Virus record (IMG/VR): IMGVR_UViG_3300030090_005675
Span: 1-32,726 of that record
Strand: one strand, 5' to 3'
Origin: a virus
Taxonomy: Duplodnaviria > Caudoviricetes
DNA length: 32,726 nt
Position numbers and translations under genes: made by a program. The stretch's first letter is position 1, and each line of letters opens with the position of its first letter. Below, one piece after another: positions 10,101 through 17,416 of this stretch. The notes beneath the pieces are model-generated. The model ran no database searches and had not been told where the DNA came from. It saw only the letters and a list, made by a program, of their open reading frames with translations.

Positions 10101-12131
10101 CGTATCCCTGCGGCGGAGAAGCTACGTGAGTTATTATCAGGCGCAGGTGACGTAGTCGGTGAGCGTTTCGCTAAGATCGCACGAATCGGCGCGTTTGACA
10201 TACGTGTGAGCGACGTCATGGACTTGAGAAGACCTTACGTCAGAATCGGTGACACTGTGTATGAGACCATGTCTATTAGACGTGACGCGGTCGAAGCAGG
10301 TGTCATGGCGTCATTCGACACACGTCAGCTGAGTACAGGACTCAAGAACTCAGGTCGGATGCTGCGTAGATCTTTGAAGAATCAAGCAGACGAAGCGGCT
10401 GCAGCAGGCGATATACCTCGACTCAACGCGATTAACGTCGCAATGGACACACTCACTGACTACTTCAGACATCTTGATGATGCCGCAGAGGCTTGGTCTG
10501 AGCGAGAACGTCTCGGTCTGATGATCACAATGATGGGTGCTGGCTTCGACTCAAAGACGGCGGCAAGAATGACGGTCGACGCTTTGTTTGATTACGCAGG
10601 CTCAATGACAAAAACAGAACAGGATATATTTGTTAACGCGGCTCTACCTTTCTGGGCTTACGTCAAGAATGCGAATCGTCGTGTCCTTAATCTCCTTTGT
10701 TCAGCTCGCGGTGCGTACAAGCTGGGTGTGCTTCGTAGGGGCTTAGACGCAGGACCAGAAAGCCTGCAGTGGTTACTCTATGAAGGCTTGGTTGACCCTT
10801 ATGGAATGGATGTCGATTCTATGACAATCGACGAACAAGAGGCGTACTTCTCTTTCATCAGTATGCTTGAGAATGGTATGTTCGCCAACCGCGCTGAGAT
10901 CGACGCCCTTGATGCAAACCAGAGGGCTCAAGTCGAGCGTTTGATCTTCACCGACGAAGAGTTGCTGGGAGACCCCGCAAACAACATCGCACCTAAGACG
11001 TTTGACGATCTGACCGATGAGCAGATTGATCGGCTACTCAATGGATACAATGGCCTACCACCTCGAACTGTACGTGAACAAGTACGTCAGATGTTCCTGG
11101 GCAACCCGACTCTCTACCTTGAGCAAGGCAAGGCATACACTCGCAGCGAGATGATCGACCTGGCAGCCCAGTCACAGCTATATCACCCGAACACTTTGAT
11201 GTACGAGGTTGTAGATACAAGCCGTGTGGTCCCGAGGCCCAATCCTGCTGCCTATGGCCGATACACAAGAGGGTTGCCTGGGTTTACATTTACTATGCCT
11301 ATGGTCGACGAGATGTCTCGATACATCGAAACTGTCCAAAGAAACAACCAGGGCAAAGAAGGCATCTCAATCGCAGGCAACGAAGCCCCTTTTCTTCATG
11401 TAGTTGCGCCACCCGACTTGATTCAAGGCGCGTATACACACTTCTTGGCTCAAGCCGCGTCGTCTTTCTTGATTGCAGAAGGCATGTTAAACTCGGCTCA
11501 GTCGCTTGCTCGTGGCGGACCTGACCTCAGTGACGAGGTAACTGACTATGATCCTGAAGGTACGACGGCTGAATACGAGTTCTTTGTCGGTGAAGAGCGC
11601 TACACCGTGTCAAGGACAGGTAACGCACTGCTTCAGCAACTGGAGCCCATCGTAGACTTAGGGCGTATGCCGACCGTCGAGCTTATCCGCAGTTCATTTG
11701 AAGATGAAGACCGACCCTCTACGGCTCCCGTTAGAGTCTCACGCGCCATGCACTTAGGAATGCAGGACACGGGTGTCTTGAGCGGCTTGACATACGAAGT
11801 CTCTGCAGGTCAAGTAGACCCGTATGACGGTACCGTTATCGAGCACCCACGTTATTATGTGAGTCCCGGTAGAGCCAAAATGATCTACCGGCTAATGCCC
11901 ATTTTGGCTGATTACAATCGACACACGCTTAGATCTGAGTTGACCGAAATCGAAGGTGCGCTGGAGCAGTCTGAGGACGAAAGAGTCCAAAGTAGACTGA
12001 TGTATCTCGAATTGCTAAGATTCTTAGGCTACAGAGTCACTCAAGAGATCGGGTCTGAGTCTGCGTACCAGATGGGCTTCGACACAGAAGCGCGCTCATT
12101 CGAAATGCAGTCGCGTCAAATCAATCGCTGA
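1182..12131 (+). CDS. Giant (3649 aa) large polyvalent / internal virion (ejection)-like protein with metallopeptidase-like domains
   Basis: Uninterrupted 10.9-kb ORF. LLHELVH (5265-5279) is followed about 100 codons later by YELVSYALTNKPFQDFL, a zincin-like pattern typical of phage polyvalent proteins. A second degenerate copy reads FYEDGKAILYLF...QELGK...YFGDALERYIRTG. The C-terminal LFDY...ALPFWAYVKN segment resembles phage internal virion proteins. It lies just upstream of tail-fibre-like genes. Confidence 0.7.
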   Translation: MPETVTESTPTLDELLRQGQMIDPSVEGGLRPMTEEELAARPSYITQPPGSGETELTTDISEARRSLPTEGPGSLNYYIENIRRARPEFTDAQVQERASAAAAAYMRQAPDPDRERFAQEMTLLESAEAIDLNEFARRLGSLSSDVPVSQILSDMAEERGMSPDQYIAIGQQAGYNFEGMARDIRERGMNPNAVVRLSSVRGEPGFSVNAEVAAQRTEGARRVRETREAIESGDVETLMELDDPRVEVVSSSNRTARSVHPDSFAFDELDRYVTQLLVNPEMNLVYQNASFLTGSNAMQRYADDAVEVYLNRFGLSPDDRLYGQAREYFYKRAIDDAAAIVAVGRWPGSTILTDDLMNRIFGTAEDVQLGDSGLFIPGEVRGLVPEALGGASSRMQIVGMSADGFPLMAPVENYIAFGEMVDKPGSYFAGIARGAIEGDITDFASFSEAGLRGMGSSDNLMNVGLDYIGDNPDLGTAAQASIYIAGTAGYVLSPDTLTVVGGILGKGVRTAYRGVKLAPVREVNRLTEQAARARLAGNFEEATRIESELRRVSGRGTEANLAGQIDADDARIAQRFNQRGVEGAEDIMGQGADEIDEILVMDDPVHRHASARRQALTDPETGEMRGGFEGLLNPQRALDALDELARKYESGRLTPEGARALRAVEEDIANLAVDLEKLGITDPYQQRLIEDLLRTQLSRNPNNVDGIVNSIDELVRGFPEGADDAVEGLADWARGIAQRGSDATEGAPSLDQVFDAIERARTAVRTNNEIRAVAMGYHTDYTNGLLGNKRTGIDLAAEGARQVPEVHPLRPMTPQGIDFFDRLRMAGVAEDTALDNARVLDELVRTLASRQGRDASGLWELLGGVEVRRLAGMADEAEVAAVVRAVEDAPTPSAARPTPETPAQPAGRRYIGDKGPLTPEASAKLDDLRARRAAATGEKAQRLQAEIDEIIGPVPDRPAPAPAAARQYISDEGPLSPEVSARLDDLRSRRATAEGAKAERIQAEIDEIIGSRAPAPARPTPPAPAARPARPARLGDVAPGPRPARPLVPTETPSASPFGAPQRITLDPMTRVLRDIRAQQADLVQEYRQVIPARGARQSIREAGVPSRSDVEKLSPELRRSVFGTDDVDEALERAQTFLDLDKGARELQGTVNALIRLQDEPTVAIRDLAGGPLPSTADEAQQEIASLVDELSRLEGPEGSRMEIFGRNAQVEVIRARIRQIEDEVLAVADEMQPMRGALPEPKPSGVPGVTVRELEEIIEGFEDGRAAARYLAGSADSPAARLVAARIEPHLDNVQIRVVKPGDPLPVNYGNETLGAILRPGQFSAVKQAYGVSDEAELILLTSAQLNARYAGTNVETLLHELVHSATVNRLVEGITTADSRFNKVRQLNRVRNVDQTRPLRRSPLPRARMLGDDVSDLSRAAIELEDLATGPVATALREYHLALEPGGLKLGQDPWNVYELVSYALTNKPFQDFLAGIKIAGTNETILGRFTQIVMRLLGFSPNERTALSEVIRLTDNLLNAESKALTGRTAADTLIFAKGADDVAPATVDEVAAVAAPVLSPTQVQNRVHLALQRNLEVLEARLASTTQTVNKEQAAIEALVPQKSIRAEILSQANRGIDPSDMRVRSRASDDGRVLAERALTEPELEVAGRARAHTSNKRQVTELRQGVDEERGVIAFLQSTVSPRRAEIAEELGEEVAQEAADLQAVVKRRDAVQRRIDADEAELPGSATDLDRELLRSLDRDISVLRAGQMSGPELDQLKKYRDFLQKQVDDGVEGADETEVAVLSQLIDRVEGQTARRAQAKPLPRTELQQARSEYAESADALTAAKNAEKEIDDAIHVLGDEIGAARARVTPEPLPPAVQARVDELDDLINKMEETMDLGQEVSPDGTIFTPRFPGRQVGPTRARDYSRGGTPIADDPDYGFEAWADHQRLRYARLQQERANLVRPRNLATDSAQAKQQAAIATTMRVQYDQATDLAIAGEDFRAAVLRLRTVLPAYHPGDTAYGGVVQTLLKRVDDGEITNIDELRQAAARARSQFVNNHPEGPAVAVREITDGEAKAMEVIRNDTAQANALARTLDDPLERLNRHGVDAPEHPQHAEFASFVESKRKAATRTDEAFLRFDAAEESLDTARKNVMDYGARATEPAEIEEAAVVLSPGPPRPSSMNATNLQFYEDGKAILYLFVTEGDPGRLVQELGKIVTRMLGPEDMDQVVAWLGKRGVNITHRNGRFIGDAATVARAEDYFGDALERYIRTGANTDSRMTRIFTTARDAIGNVYRAVTGNGIKTTPEIDRFFSNVLPKVAGSDGIAPVTRNAILKQVFDEDQEMGQVSAIGLIEAEAQRLGMTFNKEATLRAMDDLFKTASADNPIGQNIVVLLPSPIRFPELAVLSPKFAQPKTTFTLQEIAQLDQALKTNRMALQHSRNMAVSFRGRKAILEGRELTPDKMIDEIFSRYDEMGTGQRILFGGPFGRVSKAVAIGGDVDKGMRALTPYARGLIRAGDRSIKQTLGDLGRIVYEGSRTNQRGRIYSFLGGEPMAFTRGGRKALSSGEDFMDATRDNIRMVFEAIEPKIKSTLIRYLEDARRAYDEGGLTAVGEMFAGRGPYALNRAQADDARRLINQLTAREGFQSTNMMSMFRNALEIAEQPVKGQSGRMILNDPNKMALFLESIAYAGGQTRRGPLKTAATFAGSSTDRAKTLVEDFRDVLFLGADPAKLPNEISQLYEVATNSFATVIGAVGAGRNVKLRWVGQGIAVPIDVYDGLRRMMMGLPVDPKKHSALFAMSQRLGTNIEMLADDFVQGRVTVKTEDGVSQLRMQDTGFVLPAMARQRLAAAMKIAKPDPRRLINPTLFGGSDAHPGGVEEIFAFLHNQYKIQLIRGRGMLKQGYFTMNTMDNVVQTAAVTNRKGFRLAIANLPRVLLQNIMTIPGAGPLFGLAESTALVTAASATFAIEKATAAAARFGIGPGRIPAAEKLRELLSGAGDVVGERFAKIARIGAFDIRVSDVMDLRRPYVRIGDTVYETMSIRRDAVEAGVMASFDTRQLSTGLKNSGRMLRRSLKNQADEAAAAGDIPRLNAINVAMDTLTDYFRHLDDAAEAWSERERLGLMITMMGAGFDSKTAARMTVDALFDYAGSMTKTEQDIFVNAALPFWAYVKNANRRVLNLLCSARGAYKLGVLRRGLDAGPESLQWLLYEGLVDPYGMDVDSMTIDEQEAYFSFISMLENGMFANRAEIDALDANQRAQVERLIFTDEELLGDPANNIAPKTFDDLTDEQIDRLLNGYNGLPPRTVREQVRQMFLGNPTLYLEQGKAYTRSEMIDLAAQSQLYHPNTLMYEVVDTSRVVPRPNPAAYGRYTRGLPGFTFTMPMVDEMSRYIETVQRNNQGKEGISIAGNEAPFLHVVAPPDLIQGAYTHFLAQAASSFLIAEGMLNSAQSLARGGPDLSDEVTDYDPEGTTAEYEFFVGEERYTVSRTGNALLQQLEPIVDLGRMPTVELIRSSFEDEDRPSTAPVRVSRAMHLGMQDTGVLSGLTYEVSAGQVDPYDGTVIEHPRYYVSPGRAKMIYRLMPILADYNRHTLRSELTEIEGALEQSEDERVQSRLMYLELLRFLGYRVTQEIGSESAYQMGFDTEARSFEMQSRQINR
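3906..4211 (+). repeat. Two-copy intragenic repeat, 174-nt period
   Basis: RYIGDKGPLTPEASAKLDDLRARRAAATGEKAQRLQAEIDEIIG (3906-4037) and QYISDEGPLSPEVSARLDDLRSRRATAEGAKAERIQAEIDEIIG (4080-4211), flanked by Pro/Ala/Arg-rich linkers. Confidence 0.9.
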
Positions 12132-12172
12132 TTACTTTATTCAAATAGGATATACTCGCCTCGGAGATCAAA

Positions 12173-12604
12173 ATGTCAAATTACAACGGCTGGCGTAGAC
12201 TGGGACATACCGCTGACAGCAGCGTGAGTCTTGGTACTTCTTTTGCGGTCACAGCCCTGACAGGCAGTGATGCCACACTGGGCGGATCAGATATCCCCAC
12301 TGTCGGTAACCTGCAGAACATCGAGTTTGAGCTCACATCCATCAGCACTGCAGCCTCGGTCACTATGTATCTGGCTCGAGACTCTGTCGGTGACTACCCG
12401 ATTACACCATCTGTTGGATCTGGCGCAACGCAGAATATCAACGAGGGCATCACAAGTGGTAAGGGCTCGGTTATCTTTACGATCGAGTACGACTACAAGC
12501 ACTTTGCTGGTGTTAGTAACTCGACCGCCGGCACTATCTATCTCGTAGCTAAAGTCAATGCTGGGTCAGCTACCGCTCAAGTACGGCTCAACTGGAGGTC
12601 ATAA
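12173..12604 (+). CDS. Hypothetical beta-rich protein, probably structural
   Basis: 143 aa, GGAGA RBS upstream, Ser/Thr/Gly-rich; its TAA overlaps the ATG of the next gene (TAATG). Confidence 0.6.
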   Translation: MSNYNGWRRLGHTADSSVSLGTSFAVTALTGSDATLGGSDIPTVGNLQNIEFELTSISTAASVTMYLARDSVGDYPITPSVGSGATQNINEGITSGKGSVIFTIEYDYKHFAGVSNSTAGTIYLVAKVNAGSATAQVRLNWRS

Positions 12605-14538
12605 TGGCAGGTTCGGTTTACCACAAAGGTACGGTATTCTCGCGCCAGCTGGACATTGACGCGGATGGCAATGCGACGATCTCTGGTGACCTGACCATCA
12701 GTGGTGCCACCACCACAATCTCTACGACGAACACGGTTGTTACCGACAAGTTTATCGAGCTGGGCAACGGTGTTACAGGTACTCCTTCGGGTGACGCGGG
12801 TATCGTCGTCGAACGGGGCTCGAGCACGAACGCAGGACTTATCTGGGACGAGAGCGCCGACACGTGGAAAGCGTGTACTACTTCTGCTACAGGCGCAAGC
12901 TCAGGTAACCTGACCCTTACCGATGCCGCTTTAACCGCTGCGGCGATTACTGCTTCAGGAAACATCACGACGACTGGCGACCTTATTCTCGACGATGGTG
13001 GTTCACTCAAAGAAGCAGGCGGCACCGCTGCGATCACCTTCGATGGCTCGGGGCATGTAACTAAGATCGGCCAAGACTCACCCAGTTCTGGTCAGTTCCT
13101 TAAATGGGACGGCTCTAAGGCTGTCTGGGATGCTGCTTCTGGAGAAGTCGCGGGATCTGTCGCTGCTGATGACATCAGTGCCGGTGACGCTGCGATCAAC
13201 CTGACGACCACTTCCGGTAACATCACAATTGATGCTCAGGGCAACGACACCGACATCATCTTCAAGGGTACTGACGGTGGCTCTGATACGACTTTCTTGA
13301 CCATCGACGGGTCCGCCGCAGGAGCCGCCACCTTCAATGATAAGATCATCGCGACTGAACTGGACATTAGCGGTGACTGCGACATTGACGGGACCATGGA
13401 AGCTGACGCCATCACCATCGGCGGGACCAACATCGTTAGCGGCGGTGTGATTACGACACTGGGCACTGTGAGCTCGGGCGTTTGGCAGGGAACAGCTATT
13501 GCTTCTGCCTACATCGCAGCCGACGCGATTACTGGGGCCAAGATCGCAGATGACGCCATTGATTCTGAACACTACGTGGATGGTTCGATCGACACGGCTC
13601 ACCTGGCCGCTGACGCAGTAACCGGCGCTAAGATCGCAGACGATGCGATTGACTCAGAGCATTACACTGACGGTTCTATCGACACTGCCCATATCGCCGA
13701 TGACCAAGTGACCTTGGCGAAGATGGCAGGTCTTGCTCGAGGTAAGATTATTGTCGGCGATGCTTCAGGTAACCCTTCAGCTCTGGCTGCAGGTTCGAAC
13801 GGCAAGATCCTCGTAGCCGACGCAAACGGCGACCCTTCTTGGACGACGCTAAGCGGAGACGCTTCTCTAAGTGCCGGGGCTCTGACGATCGCTACGGGGG
13901 CAGTTGAGCATGCAATGCTGGCAGGTGATTGTGTGGACGGTGACAACATTGCCGACGACTCAATCAACTCTGAGCATTATGTGGACGGCTCCATCGACAC
14001 GGCTCATATTGCAGACGACCAAATTACTCTGGCTAAGATGGCTGGGTTGGCACGCGGCAAGATCATCTACGGAGACGCCAGCGGGAACCCGGCGGCTCTC
14101 TCTGCAGGCTCCAACGGTAAGCTTCTCGTCGCTGACGCGAATGGTGATCTTTCTTGGACAACCGTAAGCGGCGATATCGGTCTGTCCGCTGGTGCTATGA
14201 CCATCCAGACCGGTGCGGTCGAGCACGCCATGCTTGCAGGGGATGCGGTAGATGGCGACAACATCGCAGATGACTCGATTAACTCCGAACACTATGTAGA
14301 TGGGTCGATCGATACCGCCCACATCGCTGACAATCAGGTCACCCTCGCAAAGATGGCGGGCCTCGCTCGGGGCTCCCTCATCATTGGAGACTCCAGCGGT
14401 GATCCATCGGCTCTGGCTGCGGGGAGCGCTAACTACGTCCTGACTTCAAACGGAACCGACATCGCCTGGGCAGCAGCTTCCGGGGGCGCTGCCGCTGACG
14501 ACCACAATACCGTTCTTCACATGCAAGTTTTCTCATAG
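12604..14538 (+). CDS. Tail fibre-like protein with internal repeats
   Basis: 644 aa rich in Gly/Ala/Asp/Thr/Ser. The N-terminal ISGDLTISGATTTISTTNTVVTDKFIELG...DAGIVVERG...LIWDESAD segment and the repeated IADDxIxSEHYxDGSIDTAHIADD motif are typical of fibre proteins of aquatic phages. Confidence 0.75.
   Translation: MAGSVYHKGTVFSRQLDIDADGNATISGDLTISGATTTISTTNTVVTDKFIELGNGVTGTPSGDAGIVVERGSSTNAGLIWDESADTWKACTTSATGASSGNLTLTDAALTAAAITASGNITTTGDLILDDGGSLKEAGGTAAITFDGSGHVTKIGQDSPSSGQFLKWDGSKAVWDAASGEVAGSVAADDISAGDAAINLTTTSGNITIDAQGNDTDIIFKGTDGGSDTTFLTIDGSAAGAATFNDKIIATELDISGDCDIDGTMEADAITIGGTNIVSGGVITTLGTVSSGVWQGTAIASAYIAADAITGAKIADDAIDSEHYVDGSIDTAHLAADAVTGAKIADDAIDSEHYTDGSIDTAHIADDQVTLAKMAGLARGKIIVGDASGNPSALAAGSNGKILVADANGDPSWTTLSGDASLSAGALTIATGAVEHAMLAGDCVDGDNIADDSINSEHYVDGSIDTAHIADDQITLAKMAGLARGKIIYGDASGNPAALSAGSNGKLLVADANGDLSWTTVSGDIGLSAGAMTIQTGAVEHAMLAGDAVDGDNIADDSINSEHYVDGSIDTAHIADNQVTLAKMAGLARGSLIIGDSSGDPSALAAGSANYVLTSNGTDIAWAAASGGAAADDHNTVLHMQVFS
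13525..14460 (+). repeat. Nested coding repeats: 90-nt unit x2 and 315-nt unit x about 2.5
   Basis: AGATCGCAGA occurs at 13541 and 13631 (90-nt period, 30 aa). The DTAHIAD codons start at 13681, 13996 and 14311 (315-nt period, 105 aa). Confidence 0.9.
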
Positions 14539-14546
14539 GGTAAATC

Positions 14547-14936
14547 ATGGCTACTATTTCAAAAATCTGCCTCTCTGAGTCTACGGATGGGCGCGGAATC
14601 GTTGTCGACGTGGCTTCTAACGCAACTGTCGGAAGCCAAGCTGCAGGACAGCTTATTCACACAGGTCCAAGCAACACCGCCGATTACCATGAGGTGTGGT
14701 TGTGGGCGACTAACTTCAACACGTCGACGGAAACCCTCTGTATCCAGTGGGGAGACACGGCAGCAAACCAAGAGGGTGATTGGTTCTACACCACCATCAA
14801 CCCCAACGAAACTGTACTTGTTGTGCCCGGTTGGATTATCAAAGGTAATTCAACCCCGTTGACCGTGAATGCTCACAGTACCACAACAAATAAAGTGAAT
14901 ATCGTTGGTTACGTCAACTTTATTGATGCAGCATAA
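14547..14936 (+). CDS. Conserved phage hypothetical protein, tail-fibre-associated
   Basis: 129 aa. The pattern MATxSKxxLSxSTxGRxI...IHTG...EVWLWATN...LVVPGxI...NIVGYVN matches a family I recall downstream of fibre genes ending in QVFS/QIFS, as the preceding gene does. Confidence 0.65.
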   Translation: MATISKICLSESTDGRGIVVDVASNATVGSQAAGQLIHTGPSNTADYHEVWLWATNFNTSTETLCIQWGDTAANQEGDWFYTTINPNETVLVVPGWIIKGNSTPLTVNAHSTTTNKVNIVGYVNFIDAA

Positions 14937-15778
14937 TGAGTAGACGCACACGAAAGCCGGGTCCGATCAATCTTCAGACGACTATGAAACAGAGTCGGGA
15001 GATTATCGGTCGCAGTGAATGGATCTCCATCGACATTAACGATGGGAGCTGGACAAAGAACGACCCTAACAGCACACTTGTCAGCACGTCTACTGCCGCT
15101 ACGGGTATGACCATTTCGCTTGAGTCAGACCGAGACAGTGATGATTGGACCTCCTCTGCTCAGGACTGCGTTCGATGGTATAAGCCCCTCACTACGCCTG
15201 TCGGTAGTTTGATGAAGTGGGAAGACGAGTTCGGCGTCGAGTTCTTGGTGCAGCGAATGTCCACTACGGCAAACGACGAGAACTTTTTGGTTGCCTGCCT
15301 CTCGGATGATCCAACAGATCAAACCAACCAGGCGTGGGCTGGCGGCAAAATGGTCAATGATACGAATGGTGATATACAACTCCGAGTCGGAGGCGACCAA
15401 GACTTGAACCTGGGCACAGGCCCTGCGGCTAATATCGGCAGCACACCCAAGTGCTACATCAACTGCATGCTTCAAATTGCCGATGACCGCAGCAGCGATG
15501 CCATCGAGCCTATCGGTGTAGCTGGCATTGTCTTAAACTCAGATAGTGACGCTTTAACCAACATGCTGATGAATGGTCAGAATATTGGGTGGAACAACTC
15601 CAACAATGTCTATCTGGTTATTGCTGCTGGCTGGGAAGCTTCAGGAGCAAGCTCCGACTCCAGTGCAGTCTGGAAGGTCTGGTATAGACTGACGCATAGC
15701 TTCGCCAAGATGAATCCCCAATACGTGCCCGGCGGAGGCAGAAATCCTCGCGGTGGTGTAGCAGGGTCAAGTAGGTAG
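14936..15778 (+). CDS. Hypothetical protein (beta-rich, possibly virion/lectin-like)
   Basis: 280 aa, translationally coupled to the previous gene (TAATG); Trp/Asp/Asn-rich; no family recognised. Confidence 0.55.
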   Translation: MSRRTRKPGPINLQTTMKQSREIIGRSEWISIDINDGSWTKNDPNSTLVSTSTAATGMTISLESDRDSDDWTSSAQDCVRWYKPLTTPVGSLMKWEDEFGVEFLVQRMSTTANDENFLVACLSDDPTDQTNQAWAGGKMVNDTNGDIQLRVGGDQDLNLGTGPAANIGSTPKCYINCMLQIADDRSSDAIEPIGVAGIVLNSDSDALTNMLMNGQNIGWNNSNNVYLVIAAGWEASGASSDSSAVWKVWYRLTHSFAKMNPQYVPGGGRNPRGGVAGSSR

Positions 15779-15780
15779 AA

Positions 15781-16137
15781 ATGGCAAGTAGGCGCAGGCG
15801 AGGCGGATCTTCTTCGGCTGATGTCGACGAGCTGAGAAGTAAGATAACTCGCGCCAGCGTGCGACCTGACCGCGCAGTCTCGACTTCCAGTCACGCGCCG
15901 TACGGATTCGACGTTAACGGTAACCTAAGTGTTACAGGCAACGGCACCGTTTCGGGTAACCTCTCGGTAGCGGGCACCGGGCTCACGGTTACGTCCACGA
16001 CAGGTGCCTTAATCGTACCTCGAATGACCACGACACAACGCAACGCTTTGACTGCAGCTGTCGGCATGATAATCTACAACACAACGGATTCTAAATTCCA
16101 AGGCTACGCAGGTAGTTCCTGGGTCAATCTTCATTAG
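15781..16137 (+). CDS. Small tail-fibre-domain protein
   Basis: The C-terminal STTGALIVPRMTTTQRNALTAAVGMIIYNTTDSKFQGYAGSSW is a widespread phage fibre module; preceded by GNLSVTG/GNLSVAG repeats. Confidence 0.65.
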   Translation: MASRRRRGGSSSADVDELRSKITRASVRPDRAVSTSSHAPYGFDVNGNLSVTGNGTVSGNLSVAGTGLTVTSTTGALIVPRMTTTQRNALTAAVGMIIYNTTDSKFQGYAGSSWVNLH

Positions 16138-16145
16138 GAATCACC

Positions 16146-16514
16146 ATGGCTTTCTCTGCTTCTCCGGCTGATGCCCGGTATACATATCAGATGTTTCTCG
16201 ACGAAGACGTTGATGAGAACGTCAAAGTCGACGTGACTGGCGGTTCAGCGAATCTATACTATCTGGACTGTGTGAGCTCAGACTCGAGCAACGTACTGTA
16301 CGTGAAGTTCTTCGACGCAGCTGTTGTCGATCGCGGTACGACTCCCCCAATCTTGGTCGTCGAGATTCCAACCAGTGGTAGTAAGCGGCTAAGTTTTCCT
16401 GACGGCATCGAGTTCTCGACAGCCGTGTCCTATTCTTGTGATCGATCTGGTGGAACGGCCGCGGGTACCGCTCCTGGCGCAAACAAGATGACCATTCGAT
16501 TCGTAGTTAGTTGA
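16146..16514 (+). CDS. Small beta-rich hypothetical protein (paralogue 1)
   Basis: 122 aa; YVKFFD...GTTPP...SFPDG motif shared with the next gene; AGGA RBS. Confidence 0.65.
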   Translation: MAFSASPADARYTYQMFLDEDVDENVKVDVTGGSANLYYLDCVSSDSSNVLYVKFFDAAVVDRGTTPPILVVEIPTSGSKRLSFPDGIEFSTAVSYSCDRSGGTAAGTAPGANKMTIRFVVS

Positions 16515-16521
16515 GGTTGAC

Positions 16522-16902
16522 ATGGCTATTTCACTTGCAGACGAGTTCACTACACCGCTCTTCACGTTCACCGCAGAAGACATCGAAGCAAACGCGACCG
16601 ATGAGGTTGTCGACTCCACCTCGGGGACCTTCTACACACTCTTCGTAAACAACACAGCGAATGCAAGCACGCAGGTCTACGTGAAGTTGTGGGACAACAA
16701 CAACGCGAGCAACGTAAACGTAGGCACCACCGACCCTGACTGGGTCTTTCCTGTCGCCGGAGGCAAGACAAAGCAGTTCTGCTTCCCTGACGGGTTTGCT
16801 TACGGCACAGGACTTGTCATGGCATGCTTGACCACTGCAGGTACGGCAGGTGACTCAGGACCCTCTGGCGCGGTCATCGTCCGTATCGGTCTCACTACTT
16901 AG
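16522..16902 (+). CDS. Small beta-rich hypothetical protein (paralogue 2)
   Basis: 126 aa; YVKLWD...GTTDP...CFPDG motif; GAGG RBS. Confidence 0.65.
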   Translation: MAISLADEFTTPLFTFTAEDIEANATDEVVDSTSGTFYTLFVNNTANASTQVYVKLWDNNNASNVNVGTTDPDWVFPVAGGKTKQFCFPDGFAYGTGLVMACLTTAGTAGDSGPSGAVIVRIGLTT

Positions 16903-16910
16903 GAGTAATC

Positions 16911-17138
16911 ATGGCTTTGACCAGACAGCAGCGTCGTGAGCGTCGCCGAAACATTATCAAGAAAGCGATTGAGTGCGCTGAGGCGATCTTCCCTGAAGAC
17001 GAAGAAGCTCGACGCGAATGGGTTGCTGCGCTAATAGCATCTCAGCTCGATATCCCCGGTCTCGGAGAGGCAGCTGAGAGGCGCCTGTTTTCCGTTATGA
17101 TCGACCTAATCATGGATATCGTGGATGGAGACGAGTAA
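16911..17138 (+). CDS. Hypothetical protein
   Basis: 75 aa, AGGAG RBS, Arg-rich N-terminus, coupled to the next gene (TAATG). Confidence 0.6.
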   Translation: MALTRQQRRERRRNIIKKAIECAEAIFPEDEEARREWVAALIASQLDIPGLGEAAERRLFSVMIDLIMDIVDGDE

Positions 17139-17416
17139 TGGATCAGGCACTGAAGAAGAAGATTATGGGCGCACTCGCGGCAGGAGTCGCGGCGTTCATG
17201 TTTGGCGGAAGTCAGATCATGGATTTGGAGGACCGACTCTCGGCTCTCGAAGAGATCCATCCTGAACTTGAGCAGGCCGCACTTGATGAAATCGCCGAAG
17301 AGTTGAAGGAAGAAGACCCTCAGCCCGTCGAAGAAGAAGTAAGTGACGAAGATCAGATCGAGGCCGAAGAAGCCGAGGCTGAATCGCAGCCCCTGATCGG
17401 GGAAGAGGAGGAGTGA
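17138..17416 (+). CDS. Small membrane-anchored acidic protein
   Basis: KKK followed by hydrophobic IMGALAAGVAAFMFGG, then a short coiled-coil-like segment and a very Glu-rich tail. Confidence 0.6.
   Translation: MDQALKKKIMGALAAGVAAFMFGGSQIMDLEDRLSALEEIHPELEQAALDEIAEELKEEDPQPVEEEVSDEDQIEAEEAEAESQPLIGEEEE

Noticed and set aside
1182-12131. Virion RNA polymerase (N4 or crAss type), suggested by size
   Set aside because: I found no DFDGD/DxDxD double-psi-barrel motif and no convincing T7-type polymerase motifs; size alone is insufficient.
12132-12172. Promoter before the 143-aa gene
   Set aside because: TATACT at 12151-12156 is -10-like, but there is no convincing -35 at the right spacing.
13525-14460. 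CRISPR array or diversity-generating retroelement repeats
   Set aside because: The repeats are in-frame coding units with synonymous differences, not adenine-specific ones, and no reverse transcriptase is present.
14936-15810. Tat signal peptides (SRR starts)
   Set aside because: No hydrophobic h-region follows the arginines.
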